DNA of 64,000 nucleotides from an uncultured Verrucomicrobiota bacterium (GTDB lineage Bacteria; Verrucomicrobiota; Kiritimatiellia; CAIQIC01; Lenti-01): NCBI GenBank assembly GCA_938003985.1, contig CALKWZ010000031.1, positions 4,173 to 68,172 of the forward strand, read 5' to 3'. Shown piece by piece: positions 58,470 to 64,000 of this stretch (position 1 is its first letter; each line of letters starts with the position of its first letter). The notes under the pieces were generated by a model. It saw only the letters and a program-made list of their open reading frames with translations, ran no database searches and was not told where the DNA came from. The position numbers and the translations under genes were made by a program.

Positions 58470-59963
58470 CTAGAAGTAGAGATCGCGCTCGCCGGCCACG
58501 ATGCGCCGGTAGTTTGCCTCGAACGCGGGCCAGATCTTCGGCTGGGTGCGGCGGGTTTCGTCGAGTTCCTTTTGCAGCAGCGCCGCGCCGACGGCCTGGG
58601 TTTCGGGCGTGGCGAAGTCGTCGAGCCATTCCTTGAAGGTCAGGATGGCGTTGAGCTTGCAGAACTTGCCTTCGGCGCCGCTGCGCAGGAGGTCCATGAT
58701 GCACTTGCCGGTGCGCCCGCAGCGGTAGCCCGCGGTGCAGAAGCTGGTGATGCAGCCCGCCGCGGCCCATTCGCGGACGCACTCGTCGAGGCCGCGCGGA
58801 TCGCCCAGCAGGAACTGCTGGCGCTCGCCCTTCTGCTTCTCCTGCCCGTCGGCGTAGGCGCCCACGCCGACGTTGGAGGCGGCGTCCATCTGCGTCACGC
58901 CCAGCGGCAGCAGGCGCCGGCGCATGGCGGGCGTCTCGCGCGCGGTGATGATCAGCCCCGCGTACGGCACCGCCAGCCGCGCCAGGACCACGAGGCGCTC
59001 GAAATCGTCGTCGGACACGCGCCACTTCGGCTGGTCCACGAAGGGGGTGTTGACGGCGGGTTCGAGGCGCGGGAACGACAGCGTGTGCGGGCCGATGCCG
59101 CAGAACCGCTCCATTTCCAGGGCGTGCGCCTGCTGGCCCAGCAGCTCGAAGCGCCAGTCGGAAAGCCCGTAGAGCGCGCCGATGCCGTTGTCGTCGATGC
59201 CCGCCTCCTGGGCGCGGTGCATGGCCGTCAGCCGCCAGCGGAAATCGCTTTTGACGGTCCCCGCGGGATGCAGCTGGGCGTAGGCGCGCCGGTCGTAGGT
59301 CTCCTGGAACACCTGGAAGGTGCCCAGCCCGCATTGCTTCAAGGTTTTCAGTTCCGCCACGCGCATCGGCGCGGCGTTGACGTTCACGCGGCGGATCTGG
59401 CCGACGCCCCGGCGCGTCGGCACCTTCACGGAATAGACGGCGCGGATGCTCTCGGCGATGTAGTCCACGTCCGTGTCCGGATGCTCGCCGTAGACGACGA
59501 TCAGGCGCTTGTGGCCCAGCTGGCCGGCCAGCGCCTCGGTCTCGGCGCGGACTCCGGCCATGTCCAGCACGCGGCGTTCCACGGCGGGATTCGAGCGGCG
59601 CAGGCCGCAGTAGGCGCAGTCGTTCACGCATTTGCTGCCGAGATAGAGCGGCGCGAAGGTCACGATGCGGTTGTCGTAGACCTTGCGCTTGACGGCGCCC
59701 GCCGCCGCGCGCATCTCGGCCCAGAGTTCCGGATCGCGCACGCGCAGCAGCGTCGCCAGCTCCGCCAGCGTCAGCGTCTGGATCGCGAGCGCCTTGGCGA
59801 CGATCTCCCGCACCTGCGCCGTTTCCGGCGCGCCGGTTTCCGCCAGCAGGCGGTGGATCTCGGCGTCGGGAATGAAATCGGCCCCGCCGGTGCCCAGATA
59901 CTTGTCGATTTCCGCCGGGACGATGCGCGCGCGCGCCCAATCTTTCTTTTCTTCCAGCAACAT
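58470..59963 (-). CDS. Radical SAM enzyme of the ThiH/HydG (tyrosine lyase / 2-iminoacetate synthase) family with C-terminal Cys-rich extension
   Basis: 497 aa from ATG 59963; CxxxCxxC motif CVNDCAYCG; C-terminal additional cysteines (CITSFCTAGYRCGRTGKCIMDLL...FCKL). Confidence 0.7.
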   Translation of the reverse strand: MLLEEKKDWARARIVPAEIDKYLGTGGADFIPDAEIHRLLAETGAPETAQVREIVAKALAIQTLTLAELATLLRVRDPELWAEMRAAAGAVKRKVYDNRIVTFAPLYLGSKCVNDCAYCGLRRSNPAVERRVLDMAGVRAETEALAGQLGHKRLIVVYGEHPDTDVDYIAESIRAVYSVKVPTRRGVGQIRRVNVNAAPMRVAELKTLKQCGLGTFQVFQETYDRRAYAQLHPAGTVKSDFRWRLTAMHRAQEAGIDDNGIGALYGLSDWRFELLGQQAHALEMERFCGIGPHTLSFPRLEPAVNTPFVDQPKWRVSDDDFERLVVLARLAVPYAGLIITARETPAMRRRLLPLGVTQMDAASNVGVGAYADGQEKQKGERQQFLLGDPRGLDECVREWAAAGCITSFCTAGYRCGRTGKCIMDLLRSGAEGKFCKLNAILTFKEWLDDFATPETQAVGAALLQKELDETRRTQPKIWPAFEANYRRIVAGERDLYF

Positions 59964-60194
59964 GGTTCCAACCTGGCTTTCCGGCCCCGGTTTCCGGGGG
60001 GCCGATCCCGCGAACGCGCCGCAATCCACGAGGTAAAACGCTTTGGGCGGAATCGCAGGAACCATACACCCCGGCGGCCGGTTTCTCAACTGCGCTCTTC
60101 GCGGCCCCGGCGCGGCGCGGTTTTCCTTGCCGAAGCCCGCGCCGCCGCCTATCTTCTCTCGTTTAAATACCTACCGAAGGAGCCCGTCCCCGCC

Positions 60195-61778
60195 ATGAGC
60201 GAATCCACCGACAAATCCGTCAGTTCCCTGCGCACCTTGTTTCTGATCCTGCTGCCCCTGCTGGGCATCGGGCTCGTGATCGCCGTCATTTTCGCCACCC
60301 AGGCCAAGAAAAAAGCCGTCGTCACCGTGGTCGTCGGCGCGGACGGGACCGGCGCCGCCGCCATCAACACCGGCGAGGTCATCGACGCCACCGGGGCGGC
60401 GGGCTACGGCCTCGTGCCCCGGCTGGGCTACCGCTACCAGGTGTTCGTGGACGACGAAAGCGACGACCGCTCGTCCGGCATCGCCAAGATCGGCGGCCTC
60501 GCCACGTTCATTCCCGACGCCCGCCGCGGCCAGACCGCCATCGTGGACGTCACCCGCGTGCGCGAGCGCGTCGTGGACGCCGTCCTCGTCAAGGTGGTTT
60601 CCCAGGTCGATCTGCCGCCCAAGGCGCCGCGCGCCGCTTTCGTGCCCCCGGCCGGCGATCCGGCCGTCGAGGGCGCCGAACTCGACGTGGTCATTTCCGA
60701 AGCGTCGTCCAAGAATCCCGAGACGGAAGGCGTGGCCAAGATCGGCGGCCTGGTCGTTTTCGTCAACGGCGTGACGACGATCGGCGAACGCGTCAACGTG
60801 CGCATCGTCGAACGCCGCGAACGGCTGGCCTTCGCCGAACCCACGGGCAAGCCGGCCGGCACCGGCCCCCTGCCCATGATCGCCTCGAGCCGCGCGCCGC
60901 GCGCCGCCTACGTGCCGCCGGCGGGCGATCCGGTCGTCGCGGGCGCGGAACTGGACGTCGTCATCGCCGAGGAATCCGAAAAGAATCCCGGCCTCGAAGG
61001 CATCGCCAAGGTCGGCGGCCTGGTCGTCGCCGTCAAGGGCGCGACGACCGTCGGCGAGCGCGTCAACGTGCGCATCGTGGACCGCAAGGAGCGCATCGCT
61101 TTCGCCGAGCCCACCGGCCAGCCCGCCGGCACCGGCCCCCTGCCCGTCATCGAATCCAGCCGCCCGGCGCGCGCGCCGCGCCCGGCCTTCGTGCCTCCCG
61201 CCGGCGATCCGGTCGTCGCGGGCGCGGAACTGGACGTCGTCATCGCCGAACAATCCGAAAAGAATCCCGGCCTCGAAGGCATCGCCAAGGTCGGCGGCCT
61301 GGTCGTCGCCGTCAAGGGCGCGACGACCGTCGGCGAGCGCGTCAACGTGCGCATCGTGGACCGCAAGGAGCGCATCGCTTTCGCCGAGCCCACCGGCCAG
61401 CCCGCCGGCACCGGCCCCCTGCCCGTCATCGAATCCAGCCGCCCGGCGCGCGCCCCCCGGCCGGCCTTCGTGCCGCGCGCCGGCGATTCCGCCCCGCACG
61501 TGGTGCCCGGCGCCGTGATCTCCGCCACCATCGCCGAGCCGTCCAACAAGAATCCCGAAACCGAAGGCGTCGCCAAGGTCGCGGGCCTCGTCGTGTTCGT
61601 GAAGGGCGCCACGACTCCCGGCCAGACCGTCCACGTCCGCATCACGGACCGCAATCCGCGCGCGGCCAGCGGCGAGGTCACCAGCGACCCCGTCACGGCC
61701 GAAGCCCCGGCCCCGGCCCCGGCCACCCCCGCGCCGGCCGTCGTTCCGGAAGCGCCCGCGGCCCCCGCGGCCCCTTGA
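60195..61778 (+). CDS. Membrane-anchored protein composed of five tandem TRAM-like domains plus Pro/Ala-rich C-terminal tail
   Basis: 527 aa; N-terminal TM (LFLILLPLLGIGLVIAVIFA); five roughly 93-aa repeats, each with a TRAM-like core (GAELDVVI-E-S-KNPxxEG(V/I)AK(I/V)GGLVV(F/A)VxG-TT-GERVNVRIV-R-ER-AFAEP). Confidence 0.6.
   Translation: MSESTDKSVSSLRTLFLILLPLLGIGLVIAVIFATQAKKKAVVTVVVGADGTGAAAINTGEVIDATGAAGYGLVPRLGYRYQVFVDDESDDRSSGIAKIGGLATFIPDARRGQTAIVDVTRVRERVVDAVLVKVVSQVDLPPKAPRAAFVPPAGDPAVEGAELDVVISEASSKNPETEGVAKIGGLVVFVNGVTTIGERVNVRIVERRERLAFAEPTGKPAGTGPLPMIASSRAPRAAYVPPAGDPVVAGAELDVVIAEESEKNPGLEGIAKVGGLVVAVKGATTVGERVNVRIVDRKERIAFAEPTGQPAGTGPLPVIESSRPARAPRPAFVPPAGDPVVAGAELDVVIAEQSEKNPGLEGIAKVGGLVVAVKGATTVGERVNVRIVDRKERIAFAEPTGQPAGTGPLPVIESSRPARAPRPAFVPRAGDSAPHVVPGAVISATIAEPSNKNPETEGVAKVAGLVVFVKGATTPGQTVHVRITDRNPRAASGEVTSDPVTAEAPAPAPATPAPAVVPEAPAAPAAP
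60924..61174 (+). repeat. Direct repeat copy A (about 251 bp) inside the TRAM-repeat gene
   Basis: Near-identical (about 2 mismatches) to 61203-61453; period 279 bp equals one 93-aa TRAM repeat. Confidence 0.8.
61203..61453 (+). repeat. Direct repeat copy B (about 251 bp) inside the TRAM-repeat gene
   Basis: Near-identical to 60924-61174 (differs at gaggaa vs gaacaa). Confidence 0.8.
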
Positions 61779-61805
61779 TCGCAGCCCCCCGCCGAGGAGA
61801 ATCCC

Positions 61806-62582
61806 ATGGCCAAAACCCTCACCAATGAACGCAACCTCCGCCAGCGCCAGGAAGCCATCGCGCGCGATTTGCGCCTGCTGAAACAGATGCGCCTCGTGGA
61901 ATGGGGCGCGGCGGCGCTCTTCGTCGCCGCCGGACTCCTGCTCAAGGCGTTCGGCGTGGAGGCCGCGCCGTTCGTGCTGTTCCTCGGCGGATTCCTCGTC
62001 TTCCTGGCGCTGGGCCACGAAGCCCGCCGCCGCGAACAGCTCGAAGAGCTGGCCGATACCGAACAGATGCGCGGCGCCAAGGAAGCGGTGGCCCGGTTGC
62101 TCGACGACAAGCTCGCCAACGACCACTACGTCCTCAACGACCTGCACCTGAAGGTCGGCCGCGAAAAGTGCTGGATCGACCATCTCGTCGTCGCGCCCTC
62201 GGGCATGTTCGTCATCAACACGATGAACTGGGAAGGCAAGATCGTCGGCGACACCGCCAAGCAGTCCTACGTCTGGAAGATCCGCGCCCCGGACGGCAAA
62301 ATCCGGCCCGCGCGCAATCCGGTGGGCCGGGCCCTGCGCGAACGGCGCATCCTGTGCAACTGGCTCAAGGGCACGAACCTGATCTGGGAGCGCGTTTTTC
62401 CGCTGGTGGTGCTGGCGAATCCGAACGCGGACATCCAGGTGACCAACGCCGGCACGAAGGTGATGACGCCCGAAAAGGCCGTCACGTTCATCAACGATTT
62501 CTGCTTCGAAAAGCCCGTGCTGTCCAACGCCGAGGTCGAAAAGCTGGCCCAGGGCCTGAACGAACACTCCGGCGAGGCCTGA
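61806..62582 (+). CDS. TM-anchored NERD (nuclease-related domain) protein, paralog 1
   Basis: 258 aa; N-terminal hydrophilic segment plus two TM helices; NERD core (HYVLNDLHLKVGREKCWIDHLVVAPSGMFVINTMNWEGKIVG). Confidence 0.7.
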   Translation: MAKTLTNERNLRQRQEAIARDLRLLKQMRLVEWGAAALFVAAGLLLKAFGVEAAPFVLFLGGFLVFLALGHEARRREQLEELADTEQMRGAKEAVARLLDDKLANDHYVLNDLHLKVGREKCWIDHLVVAPSGMFVINTMNWEGKIVGDTAKQSYVWKIRAPDGKIRPARNPVGRALRERRILCNWLKGTNLIWERVFPLVVLANPNADIQVTNAGTKVMTPEKAVTFINDFCFEKPVLSNAEVEKLAQGLNEHSGEA

Positions 62583-62601
62583 GCGGACCGGAGCGCCCGG
62601 C

Positions 62602-63357
62602 GTGGCCAAGATCCTCCGCAGCGAAAACAGCCTGCTGAAACGCCAGCTCGCCATCGGGCGCGAATTGTCCCGCGGCGGGGCCATGCGGATTCTGGCGTGG
62701 GCCGCGGCTCTCGTCGTCGCCGGGCTGCTGGGCGCCCATGCCCTCCTGACCCACACGTATCACGGGGCGATTTTCGGCGCGCTGGCGCTGGTGTTCGCCG
62801 CCGGCTACGAGGTCCATCTGCGCGAAATCGCCGTTGAAAGCCGCAATCTCGAAGGCGGGCGCCGCGGGGAGCAGAAAATGGCCGAGCGCCTCGCCGAGCA
62901 GCTCGCCGACGACCACGTGATCCTCAACGACCTCGAACTGCGCGTCGCGCACGAGCGGGCGCAGATCGACCATCTCGTGATCGGGCCGTCCGGCATCTAC
63001 GTGATCGAATCGAAGTTCTGGGCCGGCACGCTTTCCGGCGACGTCCGCGACGCCCAATGGACGCAGAAGAAATCCAACGGCTCCGTCCGGCACGTGAAGA
63101 GCCCGGTCCAGCAGTGCGAGCGCCAGCGGCGCATGTTCATCACCCTGCTGGCCGCCCGGGTGCCCGAGGACCGCATCCACGCCTTGGCGGTGTTCACCCA
63201 CCCCGCGGTGAAGCTGCAGATCGCCAACGGCCAAGGGCGCGCGTTCCACGTCCGCGACGCCATCCGCTTCATCAACGACCGCTGCTTCGAGCCGCCGGTC
63301 CTGACGCCCGCCGCCGCCCTCGAACTGGCCGAACGGATCAACCGCGGCCAGGCTTGA
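62602..63357 (+). CDS. TM-anchored NERD (nuclease-related domain) protein, paralog 2
   Basis: 251 aa; same architecture as the upstream paralog; NERD core (HVILNDLELRVAHERAQIDHLVIGPSGIYVIESKFWAGTLSG). Confidence 0.7.
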   Translation: MAKILRSENSLLKRQLAIGRELSRGGAMRILAWAAALVVAGLLGAHALLTHTYHGAIFGALALVFAAGYEVHLREIAVESRNLEGGRRGEQKMAERLAEQLADDHVILNDLELRVAHERAQIDHLVIGPSGIYVIESKFWAGTLSGDVRDAQWTQKKSNGSVRHVKSPVQQCERQRRMFITLLAARVPEDRIHALAVFTHPAVKLQIANGQGRAFHVRDAIRFINDRCFEPPVLTPAAALELAERINRGQA

Positions 63358-63431
63358 ACGGCGCCCGCCGTTCTGCTACACGATGAGCGGGGCCGGGGCG
63401 ACGCCCCCGGCCCGGAGAAAATGCGTTGCCC

Positions 63432-64000
63432 ATGTCCCGTCCAGCCGGCGCCGATGCGTTGCGGATTCCGTTGCGGCGGAAATTCGCGCTGCTGGCCGCC
63501 TATGCGCAGGAGCGCCTGGCCCGCCAGGTGCGGGCGGTGGCGTTCATCACCGCCTATTTGGCCTTGTTCCAGTTGTTCGTGCTGAAAGCGCCGATCGCGG
63601 AGTTCGCCCAGATCGCCTTGGGCATCCTGGCGGTGATCGTCGGGCTGGCGCTGTTCATGGAGGGCCTGTTCCTGGCCATCATGCCGCTGGGCGAGCGCTG
63701 CGGCCTGCGCTTGCCGGCGCGCGTCGGCATCGGCGCGCTGGTGGCCTTCGCGGCGGTGCTGGGCCTCACCGCCACCTACGCGGAACCGGCCATCGGGTTC
63801 CTGAAGGCGCAGGGCAGCGCCACCCTGCCGTGGCGCGCGCCGTTGCTGTACTACCTGCTCAACGCGGGCGTGCCGTTGACCGTCGGCGCGGTGGCCGCCG
63901 GGGTCGGCCTCGCCGTGGCGCTCGGCGTGTTCCGTTCCCTGCGGGCGTGGAGCCTCAAGCCGTTCCTGTACGCGGCGCTGCCCGGGCTGCTGGTTCTTTC
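63432..64000 (+). CDS. Polytopic membrane protein (possibly DUF1538 family), 3' end outside window
   Basis: Manual translation from ATG 63432: MSRPAGADALRIPLRRKFALLAAYAQERLARQVRAVAFITAYLALFQLFVL...FMEGLFLAIMPLGERCGL...; GC3-rich, multiple TM helices; not in ORF track because no stop within the window. Confidence 0.45.
   Translation, partial: MSRPAGADALRIPLRRKFALLAAYAQERLARQVRAVAFITAYLALFQLFVLKAPIAEFAQIALGILAVIVGLALFMEGLFLAIMPLGERCGLRLPARVGIGALVAFAAVLGLTATYAEPAIGFLKAQGSATLPWRAPLLYYLLNAGVPLTVGAVAAGVGLAVALGVFRSLRAWSLKPFLYAALPGLLVL

Overview
This is a 64-kb window of roughly 70 % GC bacterial chromosome, densely coding on both strands. The six-frame track is dominated by spurious antisense and off-frame ORFs, some longer than 1000 aa, which is typical at this GC. 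Real genes were picked by recognisable domain motifs, operon logic (4-bp ATGA/GTGA stop-start overlaps are frequent) and GC3 bias.

Housekeeping genes present: gyrB-gyrA, folD, an lptF/G-like permease, tadA, rsmI, aroE, pilD, gpsA, metA, tRNA-Phe(GAA) and tRNA-Arg(CCG).

Transport genes: an amino-acid ABC importer (substrate-binding lipoprotein, two permeases, ATPase); a MacAB-TolC-like tripartite ABC efflux operon; a GldA/GldF/GldG/DUF4340-type ABC cluster; a large fused ABC-2 half-transporter with unusual N- and C-terminal extensions; a CDF cation exporter; and an AI-2E family transporter.

Regulatory genes: an RsbU-like HAMP-PP2C sensor phosphatase with a STAS antagonist and an RsbW-like kinase; a second STAS gene after an MBL-fold fusion protein; a PAS-GGDEF protein with a GGDEY motif; and an orphan NarL-type response regulator.

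DNA metabolism: an AddAB-like helicase-nuclease pair sits divergent from a thermonuclease-family gene, across a conspicuous AT-rich island.

Other genes: an alpha-acetolactate decarboxylase, an NfnAB/SudAB-like oxidoreductase pair, and a carbamoyltransferase flanked by SxtJ-like and SxtK-like small membrane proteins (the 54-aa one is absent from the ORF track).

The less ordinary content is: (1) a membrane-anchored protein made of five tandem TRAM domains, with near-identical 251-bp DNA repeats, divergent from a ThiH/HydG-like radical-SAM gene and followed by two tandem TM-anchored NERD-domain paralogs; (2) a chagasin (I42 peptidase inhibitor)-META fusion lipoprotein; (3) an internally duplicated multi-zinc-ribbon protein; (4) an MBL-fold protein with an uncharacterised C-terminal domain paired with a STAS gene; and (5) a membrane protein with 11-residue coiled-coil repeats encoded by 33-bp tandem repeats.

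No CRISPR array, IS element or prophage was recognised. Domain assignments are from motif recognition by eye; database searches would be needed to confirm them.
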